Positions 9,836 through 20,274 of a stretch of 64,000 nucleotides of DNA are shown one piece after another. Source of the stretch: an uncultured delta proteobacterium (GTDB taxonomy: Bacteria; Desulfobacterota; Binatia; UBA9968); NCBI GenBank assembly GCA_963727625.1, contig CAVSHR010000002.1, positions 608,001 to 672,000 of the forward strand, given 5' to 3'. The notes under the pieces are model-generated. The model searched no databases. It was given only the letters and a program-made list of their open reading frames with translations, and was not told the origin of the DNA. Numbering within the stretch: position 1 is the first letter of the stretch; each line of letters starts with the position of its first letter. The position numbers and the translations under genes are program-made.

Positions 9836-10570
9836 ATGGGCAGGCTTGACGGGCAGGTGGCGCTGATCACCGGCGGCAGCCGGGGCATAGGCCGGGCGGT
9901 GGCGCTTGCGTTTGCGCGCGAAGGCGCTCGTGTGGCCGTCGCCGCGGTGCAGGATCGCCAGGCGTTGGAACGGGTACAGGGCGAAATCATCGGCCTGAAC
10001 AGCGATGCCATTGCCACCCTGGCGGACGTGGCGCGGCGTGGTGACGTCGATGGGCTTGTGCAAACCGTCGTCGCCAGGTGGGGCCGGATCGATATCCTGG
10101 TCAACAACGCCGGCATTTTGCGGCTGGCGCCGTTGGAGAAAATATCCGAGGATCGCTGGGATGAAACTTTGGCGGTGCATCTCAAGGGAACCTTCAACTG
10201 CACTCAAGCGGTGCTGCCGTTTATGAAGCAAGGGCAAAGGGGCAAGATCATCAACGTGGCGGCGCCGTCGGCGTTGCGCGGCTCGTTCGGTGTGGCGGAC
10301 TATGCGGCGGCCAAGGGCGGCATCGTCGCGTTTACCCGCAATGCCGCCAATGAATTGAAGGCTTACAATATTCAAGTGAACTGTATTTCGCCGGTGGCGA
10401 ACACCCGCATGACCGAAGCACTGGTCAATTTTCGCCGCGGGCAATCCGGACTGCCGCAGCGCGAGCGCGAATTTTTATCACCCGAGGCGGTGGCGCCGGC
10501 GTTTGTTTTTTTCGCTAGCGCGGATTCCGATTACGTGTCCGGACAGTTGCTCGAAGTAGGTCGGAGCTGA
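9836..10570 (+). CDS. SDR family oxidoreductase (FabG-like)
   Basis: TGGSRGIG, NNAG, YAAAK; strong SD. Confidence 0.92.
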   Translation: MGRLDGQVALITGGSRGIGRAVALAFAREGARVAVAAVQDRQALERVQGEIIGLNSDAIATLADVARRGDVDGLVQTVVARWGRIDILVNNAGILRLAPLEKISEDRWDETLAVHLKGTFNCTQAVLPFMKQGQRGKIINVAAPSALRGSFGVADYAAAKGGIVAFTRNAANELKAYNIQVNCISPVANTRMTEALVNFRRGQSGLPQREREFLSPEAVAPAFVFFASADSDYVSGQLLEVGRS

Positions 10571-10609
10571 GGATCGATCACCCGAGCGAGTAAAAGTTTC
10601 TTTGTCTGC

Positions 10610-11863
10610 CTATTTCTTGACGCTGACGCGCCAAACCTTTCCCGCCGCGTCGTCGGCGACCAGCAACGAGCCGTCGGTCCAAACCGCCACGCCGACGGGA
10701 CGGCCGTAAACATCGCTGCTCCTGGGATTTACCCTAAAACCGGTGAGAAAATCTTCGATGGCGCCGGCGGGCTTGCCGTTTTGGAAAGGCACGAAGGCAA
10801 CTTTGTAGCCGACTAAATCGGACCGGTTCCAGGAGCCGTGCATGCCGATAAAGGCGCCGCCGTGATAGCGTGCGGGAAACGACTTGCCGTTATTAAACGC
10901 CAAGCCGAGCGGCGCGACGTGGGAGCCCAATGCGAAATCCGGCTTGAGCGCTTTCGCAACTAAATCCGGGCGCTGGCCTTTCTTGCGCGGATCTTCGTTC
11001 TGACCGAAGTAAGAATAAGGCCAGCCGTAAAAAGCGCCTTCCTTCACGCTCGTCAAATAATCCGGCACCAACTCATCGCCGAGGCCGTCGCGCTCGTTGA
11101 CCACGGCCCACAATGCTTTTGTCTTTGGCTCCCAGTCCATGCCGACGGGATTGCGCATACCGTTGCTGAAGACACGCATACCGCTGCCGTCAGGGTTGAT
11201 CTCAAGAATCGCGGCGCGGCGCGGATCCTTTTCGTCGACCTGCTGCTCGTCGACGTTGGTGGCCGAGCCCACCGCGACGTAAAGTTTCTTTCCGGCAGGG
11301 TCGGCGAGGATGTTCCTGGTATAGTGGCCGCCGGCGGGCAGATCGAGAATTTTTTCCGGCCGCCGCCGGATTTGCGTGTCGCCGGTTTGATAGGGGAATA
11401 CCACGATGCTATCCGTGTTGCCGACATAAAATCGCGCGCCGACCAAGGCCATGCCGAAAGCCATGTTGAGCCGGCGCAAAAATACCGTGCGGAGATCGGG
11501 CCGGCCGGTCTTATTCGTATCGCGCAATAAAATCACTCGGCTGCCGCCATTCTGCCGGAGCGATTCCATGACCAAGACGTCGCCGTTCGGCAGGACATAA
11601 ATTGTGCGCGGATTTTCGAGCTGGTCGACGAACTGACTGACTTCGAAACCAGCAGGCGCAATGGGCGTTTTCCCCTTAGGCCAGAAAACTACTCGAGGCG
11701 GCTGCGCCGCGGAGCGCGTCGCGAAGGGTTGCGGTAAAGCCAACTGCTCGGCAGGCCCAGTCTCGACGATGCGCGGATTGGTGGCCTCGGCGGCGAGTAG
11801 CCCGGAAGAGAAAAGTGACAGGATTCCCGCCAATAGTGTGAAGCTCGCTAAGATCTCGCGCAT
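10610..11863 (-). CDS. PQQ-dependent sugar/L-sorbosone dehydrogenase family protein, exported
   Basis: Signal peptide; GMRNPVG, VNERDGLG, FYGWPY, HGSWNR, GRPVGV. Confidence 0.9.
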   Translation of the reverse strand: MREILASFTLLAGILSLFSSGLLAAEATNPRIVETGPAEQLALPQPFATRSAAQPPRVVFWPKGKTPIAPAGFEVSQFVDQLENPRTIYVLPNGDVLVMESLRQNGGSRVILLRDTNKTGRPDLRTVFLRRLNMAFGMALVGARFYVGNTDSIVVFPYQTGDTQIRRRPEKILDLPAGGHYTRNILADPAGKKLYVAVGSATNVDEQQVDEKDPRRAAILEINPDGSGMRVFSNGMRNPVGMDWEPKTKALWAVVNERDGLGDELVPDYLTSVKEGAFYGWPYSYFGQNEDPRKKGQRPDLVAKALKPDFALGSHVAPLGLAFNNGKSFPARYHGGAFIGMHGSWNRSDLVGYKVAFVPFQNGKPAGAIEDFLTGFRVNPRSSDVYGRPVGVAVWTDGSLLVADDAAGKVWRVSVKK

Positions 11864-12047
11864 CGTGATTATTTCCCGTTCTCGGTTGCCTTCGGCTCGA
11901 TGGCTTTCTCGATTTGCTTTGCTTGATCACACAAGATCCCCCATTGATTTAGCATTGAATAAAACGTTTTTGAACCATTGACCTAGACGATGGAGTTGTG
12001 TGACAGGGTTGGTCTGTTCTAATATCGCCGGACCGGAGGGGAGACAA

Positions 12048-13472
12048 ATGCATTATCGCGACTTGCGCGGCTGGTTGGAGGGGGTGGACTCGTTCGGCGA
12101 GCTCCGCGTCGTCGAAGGCGCCGACTGGAACCAGGAAATCGGCGCGGTGGCCGAAGTGGCGGCGCAATCCGACCCGCCACCTGCCGTACTGTTCGATAGG
12201 ATCAAGGATTATCCGGCAGGACGGCGCGTTTTGACCGGAGTTCATAATCCGACGCTCAAACGCCAATGCTTGACCAATCATTTGCCGCTCGATTTCAGCC
12301 GCGATCAGTTCATCGACGCCTGGAAGAAACGTTTGGACAATCCCAAGCTCATCGCGCCGCGGGCGGTCGACTCGGGGCCGCTGATGGAAAATGTCTTCGA
12401 AGGCAAGGATATCGATCTTCTGTCTTTACCCGCGCCCCATTGGCATGAAGGCGACGGCGGCCGCTACCTGGGTTCCCTCGATATCACGATCAGCCGCGAC
12501 GCCGACGAAGGCTGGATCAATCTCGGCTGCTATCGCGTCATGGTGCATGACCGCGACACCCTGGCGCTCTATATTTCGCCGGGCCACCACGGCAACATTC
12601 ACCGGCAAAAATATTTCGACCGGGGTGAGCCGTTTCCGGTGGCGATCAGTTTCGGCCCGGACCCGCTGCTGTGGTTCTTCGGCCAGATGGAGATCCCCGC
12701 CGGTCAATCGGAATACGACTACGCCGGCGGCGTGCGCGGCGAGCCTTTCGAAGTTTTGCTCGGCAAGCACACCGGCTTGCCGATTCCGGCGTATTCCGAG
12801 GTTGCCATCGAGGGCGAAGTGATTCCGGGTACGGCAATTCCCGAAGGGCCGTTCGGCGAATTCACCGGCTATTACGCCGGCGGCCGTCGCTTCGAGCCGA
12901 TGCTCAAGGTGAAGCGGTTGATGCACCGCGACGATCCGATCATCACCGGCGCGCCGCCGTTTCGTCCCGCGCCGGGCGCGGAAAACAATCTCATTCGCGC
13001 CGCGTATATTTGGAATTATCTTGAAAAAGCCGGCGTCCCCGACGTGCGTGAGGTGGCCTACTACCAGACGCGCATGCTGGTCGTCGTGGCGATCAAGCAG
13101 CGCTATCCCGGCCACGCGCGCCAAGCCGCTCTGATCGCGTCGCAATGCCGCGCGGCGGCGCTGTTAACCCGTTACGTCGTGGTCGTGGATGAGGATATTG
13201 ACATCTGGGACAGCAACGAGCTGCTTTGGGCGCTTTGCACGCGCACCGATCCGGCCAAGGACATCGATATTATGCGCCGGTGCTGGAGCAATCCAATTGA
13301 TCCGATCATCCCGCCGAGCGAACGCGGCTTTCAGTCGCGCGGCATCATCGACGCGTGCAAGCCCTACGAGTGGATCAACGAGTTCCCGAAGGTGTCGGGC
13401 GCGAGCCGCGAGCTGAAAGAGACGGTGGTTAAGAAGTTTGGCGCGAGCTTGGCTGGGAAGAAGGACAGTTGA
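12048..13472 (+). CDS. UbiD family prFMN-dependent (de)carboxylase
   Basis: YRDLRGWL, DGGRY, NLGCYRVM, EGPFGEFTGYY, VVVDEDID, WALCTR; ATG at 12048 after GGAGGGGAG. Confidence 0.92.
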   Translation: MHYRDLRGWLEGVDSFGELRVVEGADWNQEIGAVAEVAAQSDPPPAVLFDRIKDYPAGRRVLTGVHNPTLKRQCLTNHLPLDFSRDQFIDAWKKRLDNPKLIAPRAVDSGPLMENVFEGKDIDLLSLPAPHWHEGDGGRYLGSLDITISRDADEGWINLGCYRVMVHDRDTLALYISPGHHGNIHRQKYFDRGEPFPVAISFGPDPLLWFFGQMEIPAGQSEYDYAGGVRGEPFEVLLGKHTGLPIPAYSEVAIEGEVIPGTAIPEGPFGEFTGYYAGGRRFEPMLKVKRLMHRDDPIITGAPPFRPAPGAENNLIRAAYIWNYLEKAGVPDVREVAYYQTRMLVVVAIKQRYPGHARQAALIASQCRAAALLTRYVVVVDEDIDIWDSNELLWALCTRTDPAKDIDIMRRCWSNPIDPIIPPSERGFQSRGIIDACKPYEWINEFPKVSGASRELKETVVKKFGASLAGKKDS

Positions 13473-13533
13473 AAAAAGTTTTACGGCCAATGATTCACCA
13501 CCAATCGCAGTGCCGCAACCAAGTCTCGGAATA

Positions 13534-13614
13534 TCTCCCGCAAAGACGCAAAGGCCGCAAAGAAATAGAATCCTATCTTTCCGATCTTGGCGTCCTTGGC
13601 GCCTTGGCGGGAGA
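13534..13614. repeat. Inverted repeat of ~9-bp CGCAAAG/CGCCAAG units
   Basis: tctcccgcaaagacgcaaaggccgcaaaga vs reverse complement of 13585-13614, 25/30 identical. Confidence 0.75.
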
Positions 13615-13705
13615 AAGATCCGAATCGAAGGTGTTTTATGGGTAAGGAAACTTGCGCAAGCCGTAAAAACTCTCGACCATAGGAGTACGAAGTTAGGATC
13701 AAACC

Positions 13706-14671
13706 ATGTTGAATCAATTTTCGTCATCGATCATCGCCGGAATGTTGGGTCTGCTTATCCTACTGGCACCGCCGGTTTACGGCCAGCAGGACGGAAGAAG
13801 AGGGCTGGAGAAGATCCGCCTCACGGTGCCGGCCAAGGCGTTGACGTTCCTGCCTTATTATTTCGGCAAGGCGCAGGGAATTTTTGCCAAGGAAGGAATC
13901 GATCTGGAGATCATCGTTATGCGGCCGCCGTTGGGTGTCACCGCCCTGGTGGCGGGGGATCTCGACTACACGGCAGCGGGCGGCCTGTCGTTCCGCGCCG
14001 CGATGAAGGGCGTGCCGATCCGTACCATCGCGTTCATTCAGACGCGTTTGAGTTTCAGCCTGATCGGCCAGCCGGGCATGACGCCGGCGCGTATCCGCAC
14101 CGTCGCCGTCAGCGGCATCGGCTCGCTGGCGCATTACGCCGGGATCACCGTGATGAAAAGACTCGGCCATGAGAAGGTCACCTATGTCTCGACCAACACC
14201 ACCGGCAACAGCTACACGGCGTTGCTGGCCAAAGCGGCGGACGCGGTCATTCTCACGCCGCCTTACACCTCGATGGCGACGCTGGCCGGCTACGTGGATT
14301 TGGGCAACACCTACGACGTGCGCGACTTGCAAGGCGGCCTGGTGGCGCGCCTGCCTTATATTCAAGAGCACCGCGAGCGGGTAAAAGCGATGATTCGCGC
14401 CACTTTGCGAAGCATGGATAGTATCGTCAAAAACGAGTCGGTCGTCATTGCCTACTTGCAAAAAGACTTCGGCCTGGAGCCTGGGATCGCCGTGGACACC
14501 TACAAAATTCTTAAACAGATCGTCAACACGGACGGCGACATCGAAGGAGCGGTGCTGCAATCGATTCTCGAAAAAATCAAGCGGGAATCCGGCATCAGCG
14601 GCGAAGTACCGGCGGATCGTCTGGTCGACTTGTCGGTCTTGAGGGAGGCGAAAGCGGAGTTGAGGAAGTGA
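13706..14671 (+). CDS. ABC transporter substrate-binding protein (NMT1/SsuA-like)
   Basis: Signal peptide; GIFAKEGIDLEI, ALVAGDLDY, C-terminal LVDLSVL. Confidence 0.85.
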   Translation: MLNQFSSSIIAGMLGLLILLAPPVYGQQDGRRGLEKIRLTVPAKALTFLPYYFGKAQGIFAKEGIDLEIIVMRPPLGVTALVAGDLDYTAAGGLSFRAAMKGVPIRTIAFIQTRLSFSLIGQPGMTPARIRTVAVSGIGSLAHYAGITVMKRLGHEKVTYVSTNTTGNSYTALLAKAADAVILTPPYTSMATLAGYVDLGNTYDVRDLQGGLVARLPYIQEHRERVKAMIRATLRSMDSIVKNESVVIAYLQKDFGLEPGIAVDTYKILKQIVNTDGDIEGAVLQSILEKIKRESGISGEVPADRLVDLSVLREAKAELRK

Positions 14672-14920
14672 TAACAGTTTGGGGCGCTACCCTCGTTAGC
14701 GGGAGTGCTTATGAAAACCAGGGTCGGTTTTTCGTCGCTTTTGGCCGCGCACAAGGTTCTCGGTAAGATGTATTTCGATTGAAGCAAGCGGCTAACGCGG
14801 AGAAACAGCTCATTGCGTCGAAAGAGGCCTGCCCGGTCTTCCGCTAATGCGAAGCTTATGACGATCTCAAGTAGGTCATCGAGGCACACAAAGCGAAGCA
14901 GAAATAGCAAAAACAGTTTA

Positions 14921-14991
14921 GGGTTCAGGGCCTGGGGTTCAGGGATTGGCATCTCCCGACACTCTACACTCGAAACCCTGGACTCTAGACC
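14921..14991. repeat. Degenerate 7-bp-period GGGTTCA / ACTCTAG repeat with inverted symmetry
   Basis: gggttcagggcctggggttcaggg ... actctacactcgaaaccctggactctagacc. Confidence 0.45.
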
Positions 14992-15011
14992 ACAAGGACT
15001 GGAGGTTGCGC

Positions 15012-15734
15012 ATGGCTGAAGCGATCAAAGCGCGCATCGGATTCGTCAGCGGCGGCGCCGGCTCGATGCCTCATTACAATAGCTTTCTGCCGATCGTGCC
15101 GAAGGAGATCGCGATCGATTTCCGGGGGCTGGAACTCTACGGCAAATCGCTCTACGAGATAGCGGACAAGAAGGAAATTATTCTCCGTCGTGTGAGGGAG
15201 TTCATCGCCGAGCGAAAATGGGACGGCCTGATACTCACGGCGGCGCCGACGGAAGTTTTAAACCCCGGGCTTTACGCCGACCTCCAGGCCGCGGTCTCTA
15301 TTCCGTTTACTACTGCGCTCAACGCCTGTGTGGCGGCGCTGCGTATTTACTCGGCGCCGCGGGTGCTGCTGCTGACTCCCTTCGATGCAAAGTTGAACGA
15401 CTTGATCGTCGCCCATCTCGCGAAAGCCGGCGTGACGGCACTGTCGCCCAACTCTTTTGATGAACTCGGCGTGCCCAAACGGATGACGCCGGACGAGGTT
15501 TTCGATCTGACAGCGAAGAATCTGGCAGCGGTGGGGAAAGTCGATGCGATCTACTTTCAGGGCGCGGTGCTCGACCCGATCAAATGCCTCGAGCGAATCG
15601 AGTCGGAGTTGAATGCCACCGTGATCGCGAGCAACCCGGCGATGCTCTGGTACGTGCTATCGAAGCTGAAACTCTCCTATCCGATGAGCGGGTACGGTCG
15701 TTTACTGCGGGAGTGGCCGAAACTTCCGGATTAA
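15012..15734 (+). CDS. Maleate isomerase / arylmalonate decarboxylase (Asp/Glu racemase) family protein lacking catalytic Cys
   Basis: RIG start, IPFTT, LLLTPF, VIASNPAMLW, GYGRLL; ATG at 15012 after GGAGG. Confidence 0.8.
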   Translation: MAEAIKARIGFVSGGAGSMPHYNSFLPIVPKEIAIDFRGLELYGKSLYEIADKKEIILRRVREFIAERKWDGLILTAAPTEVLNPGLYADLQAAVSIPFTTALNACVAALRIYSAPRVLLLTPFDAKLNDLIVAHLAKAGVTALSPNSFDELGVPKRMTPDEVFDLTAKNLAAVGKVDAIYFQGAVLDPIKCLERIESELNATVIASNPAMLWYVLSKLKLSYPMSGYGRLLREWPKLPD

Positions 15735-15736
15735 CG

Positions 15737-15769
15737 GTTTAAGCCGTTCAAGCCGCTCAAAATGTTCAA
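15737..15769 (+). repeat. 9-bp-period GTTCAA array
   Basis: gtttaa 15737, gttcaa 15746, gctcaa 15755, gttcaa 15764. Confidence 0.75.
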
Positions 15770-15942
15770 GTCGTTGGCGTTGGATTCACCCGACGCAACT
15801 GCCGTCCGGGCGATTTGCGGCGCCCCGCTTCCATGATCCCCTACGATAGGGCGGTGCCCCAGTCAGTGGCGAGTCAGCGGTCCTGCGAGCTGCTCGAAGG
15901 ACCGCAGGGCCGCTGGTTATGAACTTCGATATCGTTGTTTCG

Positions 15943-16943
15943 CTATTTTGCGATCCCGATCTTCTTCATGAAGCCGCTTGCTTCGAGTTCTTTCAACGGG
16001 ACATTGTCGCCGATGTCTTCCGGTTTTAGTTTGGCTGCTTTGGGTTTCGATTCGGAGACATAATCCAAGAGAAACTTGATTCCCTTCAGGTTGACGTAAG
16101 GCACATCGGGAACCGTCGGCACGTTATAATCGTAGGCGACCTTCAGAGCTTCCGGATCTTTGGTGCGGAGATGGCGCTGGATGACCTGCATGGCAAAGGC
16201 GCGATCGGTTTTCATGCGGTGGATTCCTTCGACAAAGCCCTTTAAAAAATTGGTCGCAAGAGCGGGATTTTTTTCGATAAAAGACTTGGTGGTTCCAATG
16301 CCGCTGTGTTGATATTCGAGGCCCACCGTCGAGTAATCGATCAGCGAGTGCAGCCCTGCTTGCTTGGCGCGGTAAGCGAAGGATTGTTCGAGCAGGGTCG
16401 CTTGAATCGCTCCTTGAGTGACCGCGGCCAAGCGCTCCGGGTTGCCGCCAGTCTGAAGGATAATCACGTCTCTGCCGGGCTTCAGGCCGTACTTTTCCAA
16501 GCCCCAGCGCGCCAGGAAATCTGCGGAGCCGCCGAAGCGGGCAATGCCGAGCTTTTGCCCCTTGAGATCTTCGATCTTATTGATGCCTTTGGCGACCACC
16601 AACTCGTAGGGCGCGTGGTTCACGGTGCCCGCGATCATCACCGCGTCGCGGCCGCCGAGATAGGCGTTAATGACTCCCGACGCGGCGATCGTGATAAAGC
16701 TCATTTCCCCGGACAGTAATGCGGAAAGCGCCGTCGATGAGCCGGACATGACGACCGGGACGACGTTTAAACCGTATTTCTTGAAGTAGCCGCCGTCGAC
16801 CGCGGACAATACCGGCGTGTTTGAAGGCGTTACCGAAACCAGTCCAACGTAGATCGTCGGCATACTTTGCGCGCCCAGGTGCGGAACTGCGGCGAGCAGC
16901 CCAAAGAAAAATATCGTGAGAAATAGTTTTTAGCCGAGCTCAT
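15943..16943 (-). CDS. ABC transporter substrate-binding protein (NMT1/SsuA-like), frameshifted in the signal peptide
   Basis: GYFKKYGLNV, DLKGQKLGIARFG; ATG at 16943 is out of frame, and one more A in the A5 run (16927-16931) restores MSSAKKLFLTIFFFGLLAAVPHLGAQS. Confidence 0.8.
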
Positions 16944-17058
16944 AAGGTCAATTCCCCCCGTTTCAATAAAGCTATCTGCATGTAGAAAGGCTACCACGGC
17001 GACAAATTTCGGTCGATAGGGTCAGCGAAAAATTTCGGCCAAGCCATCGCGGCGCCTT

Positions 17059-17905
17059 TTAAGGCCGATTGTCTGGCTGGGAATCGATCAATGTTCGTTT
17101 CAGCCAATCCGTTATGGTGGCTGAAACGCGCTCCTCCGCACCGACGTAAAAGTGGTCGCAATTGGGGATGATCGCGATTTCGCACGGGTCCGGCGCAGTT
17201 TTCTTTGAAGCGTTCCGCCGGATAATTTTCTTTCGGTTCCTGGTCGCCGCGGATAAAAAGTACGGGGCATTTGATCCGCTTGGCGTTCTCAACCAGATCG
17301 GGTGCGTTGGTGAGCCGGTCGAGAAACGTGCGCGCAGAGATCACCCACCACCAGGCGGGGATGAGCATGAGCGTGCGCGGCTTGCCGGCGGCGATCAACG
17401 CCTCCGCTTGTTTGATCTGGGCGGCGGTATCGCCCGCGAGTGAAAAATTTCGCGCCGAGCGGCAATTGTTCATCCGATTGCCGCCGGCGTGAGCCGAGAG
17501 CAAAACAAGCGCGCGAGTCTCCGGGTGGCGCGCCACGTGTTCGCTCGCGAGCACGCCGCCGTTGCTATGGCCTATGACGATCGGGTTATTGAATCCCTTG
17601 CCGGCCAGGTATCTTGCCGCGATTTCATTGTCTTCGATGCCATCAGCGACGGTCTGATAGGCGCCGCCGACGCATTCGCGGCTGTCGCGGGTGCTGACCG
17701 AATCATGGCCGCGGCGATTGAAGGGCATGAAATCGTAACCGAGCGCGGTGACATGCGGCGCGAGAAAGCGCGCAGCGCAAACGTAGAAGTTCATCTGGTT
17801 GCCGTGGCAATACATGGCTGCGCCCTTGCTCGGACCGTCCGGTGTGTAGTAGGCAGCATCTAAGGGATGCGTCGGGGTCGGAATGCTGATTAACTCGGTG
17901 CGCAT
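17059..17905 (-). CDS. Alpha/beta hydrolase with a frameshift near the C-terminus
   Basis: ATG at 17905 after AGGAG; CHGN, GHSNGG nucleophile elbow, FIRGDQE; catalytic His segment (IIPNCDHFY...DWL) lies in the other frame past 17186-17188. Confidence 0.8.
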
Positions 17906-18010
17906 GGGAATCTCCTGATTAACGTTTCCATGCAAGCTTATCTCTCGATTGCGACCGATTACAATGTTCTCGGTAAGCTTCTGCGCCGGGACCTTTGAAA
18001 GGGTAATATT

Positions 18011-19141
18011 ATGGTCAATCAAAAAATCGCTCCGTTTCGCGCCAATCATGTCGGCAGTCTGTTGCGCCCGCCGGAGCTGCGTCAGGCACGGGAGAAGCGC
18101 GAGAAGGGCGAGATCAGCGCGGCGCAGTTGCGGGAAGTGGAGGATCGCTGCATCCGCGACGCCGTGAAGATGCAAGAAGACGTCGGCATGCAGGGCATCA
18201 CCGACGGGGAGTTTCGCCGAACCCTCTGGCATGCTGATTTTCTGAGCCAGATCGAAGGGGTGAAAGTTGTCGAAGGACTGCTGCCCGACTCGGCCAAACA
18301 TTTTCAAAATCCCGATGCCGACGTGCAGCGCTCGCCGACTCAATTCATCGTCACCGGTCCGCTGCGCCATCCGCGCGGCATCGAAGTCGACAATTTCAAA
18401 TTCCTCGCCTCGGTCACTAAACAGACGGCCAAGCAGTGTATCCCGTCGCCGTCGCTGGTGCATTTTCGGACGGGCCGGGCCGGCGTGGATAAGACGGCGT
18501 ATCCCAATATGAAGGACTTCTTCGCCGACCTGGCGCGAGTTTATCGCAAAGAGATCGCTCAACTTGCCCAGGCGGGCTGTACCTATCTGGAGATCGACGA
18601 TGTGAATTTTGCCTATCTCTGCGATCCCAAGATGCGTGAAGGGGCAAAGAAGATCGGCGAGGACCCGGACAAACTGCCGGCGCTGTATGCCGAGTTGATC
18701 AACGAATGCATCAAGGATCGCCCGGCGAACATGTCGGTATGCACGCACCTCTGCCGCGGTAATTTCCGCAGCTCCTGGGTCGCCGAAGGGGGCTACGATC
18801 CGGTCGCCGAAGTTTTGTTTAACGCTTTGAAGGTCGACGGTTATTTTTTGGAATTCGATACTCCACGCGCGGGAAACTTCGCGCCGCTGCGTTATTTGCC
18901 CAAAGACAAAAAGCTGATTCTGGGGCTGGTCACAACCAAGAGCGGGGAATTGGAAAAGGCCGACGATCTCAAACGGCGCATCGACGAGGCGAGCAAGCTC
19001 GTGCCCTTAGACCAGCTCGGCATCAGCCCGCAGTGTGGTTTTTCGAGCACGGTGTTGGGAAACAAGCTGACCATCGATGATGAAATCGCCAAGTTGAGAT
19101 TGATTGTCGATGTCGCACGCGATGTCTGGGGCTCGGTTTGA
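18011..19141 (+). CDS. Cobalamin-independent methionine synthase catalytic-domain family protein (MetE C-terminal/YxjH-like)
   Basis: HVGSLLRP, TDGEFRR, Zn ligands HLCRGN, LEFD, SPQCGF. Confidence 0.9.
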   Translation: MVNQKIAPFRANHVGSLLRPPELRQAREKREKGEISAAQLREVEDRCIRDAVKMQEDVGMQGITDGEFRRTLWHADFLSQIEGVKVVEGLLPDSAKHFQNPDADVQRSPTQFIVTGPLRHPRGIEVDNFKFLASVTKQTAKQCIPSPSLVHFRTGRAGVDKTAYPNMKDFFADLARVYRKEIAQLAQAGCTYLEIDDVNFAYLCDPKMREGAKKIGEDPDKLPALYAELINECIKDRPANMSVCTHLCRGNFRSSWVAEGGYDPVAEVLFNALKVDGYFLEFDTPRAGNFAPLRYLPKDKKLILGLVTTKSGELEKADDLKRRIDEASKLVPLDQLGISPQCGFSSTVLGNKLTIDDEIAKLRLIVDVARDVWGSV

Positions 19142-19198
19142 TTTGAATGCGGCTGCAGCGCGCTTATCGTCCCGTCATCCAAGGCCAAGGCTGGTAGT

Positions 19199-20260
19199 AT
19201 GGAATATCGCGGCGAGTTTTCGCTAAAGTTCGCGATTCAAACCGCCAGCCACTACACCGTGCCCGAGCTGGTTCGCTTTGCGACGCTCGCGCACGACGAA
19301 GGATTTAAACAGGTCTGGATCAACGACAATCTGGGCCAGCGAAATATTTTTGTCGTACTCGCTGCGATCGCAGCGCAGGTTCCGATCCAACTGGGAACGT
19401 CCATTGTCGTGCCGTATTTCCGCAACCCCGTGGACATCGCCGACAGTTTGGCGGCACTTTCCGAACTAACGGGCGGACGCGAGTTGAGCGTTGGCATCGC
19501 CCGCGGCGAACCTGCCCGCGCGGGATGTCAGATTGAGGTGCGAGAACCCCTGGCGATGGTACGCGAAGCGACGTTGGCGATAAGGGCTTTGACGGCTGGA
19601 GAGACGGTTTCCTTTCGCGATTTTCCGACCTGTGCCGCTTACCATCATATCCGTCCAGAACATCAGTTTCGTTTAGCATTTTCATCTGCTTCGCCGTTGC
19701 GCTTTTATTGCGGCGGGCATGGACCAAAAATACTGCGAGTCGCCGGGGAGATCATGGACGGGGTGTTGTTCGGCGATCACTTCATTCCGCTCGCTCGCGC
19801 CGGCCGCATCGGCTCGTTGTTAGCGATCGCGCGAAGCGCCGCTGGCGCCAAGCGGAAAGTATTGTTTGATGTCTGCGAGCTTGATATTTCAGTCGCGCGC
19901 GACCGCCAGCTCGCGATCGACTTCGCCCGTCCCTTTGCCGCGCAAGTTCTAATGAATTTGGCTTTGATGGGTTTCCCCCATGACAAATTTCATGCCCTCG
20001 GAATAGAGCCCAGCCTGGTACAATCGTTGGCAAATGCTTGTACGAGCCGCGCGACGGTTCACAGAGCATCGAAGCTTCTCCCAGACAGTGCCGTAACGAG
20101 TTGCTTTGTCGCGGGCGGCCCGGAGGAGTGTCGGGATCAATTGGCCGCATTGCTGGACGAAGCCGCGCAGCTCAACATCGGCCAGATCGCTTTTGCCAAG
20201 CTTGGCCCCGATTACAACGAAGCGATTACCCTGCTGCGTCGTGAAGTATTACCGAATTGA
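19199..20260 (+). CDS. LLM-class flavin/F420-dependent oxidoreductase (Mer-like)
   Basis: VWINDNLGQRNIF, LGTSIVVPYFRNP, LSELTGGR, GPKILRVAGEIMDGV, AGGPEEC. Confidence 0.85.
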   Translation: MEYRGEFSLKFAIQTASHYTVPELVRFATLAHDEGFKQVWINDNLGQRNIFVVLAAIAAQVPIQLGTSIVVPYFRNPVDIADSLAALSELTGGRELSVGIARGEPARAGCQIEVREPLAMVREATLAIRALTAGETVSFRDFPTCAAYHHIRPEHQFRLAFSSASPLRFYCGGHGPKILRVAGEIMDGVLFGDHFIPLARAGRIGSLLAIARSAAGAKRKVLFDVCELDISVARDRQLAIDFARPFAAQVLMNLALMGFPHDKFHALGIEPSLVQSLANACTSRATVHRASKLLPDSAVTSCFVAGGPEECRDQLAALLDEAAQLNIGQIAFAKLGPDYNEAITLLRREVLPN

Positions 20261-20274
20261 CCCGCCTCGATAAT

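Noticed and set aside
17906-18748. N-terminal 281 aa of the 585-aa ORF 16991..18748
   Set aside because: Antisense shadow of the MetE-like gene; the hydrolase starts at ATG 17905 with its own SD.
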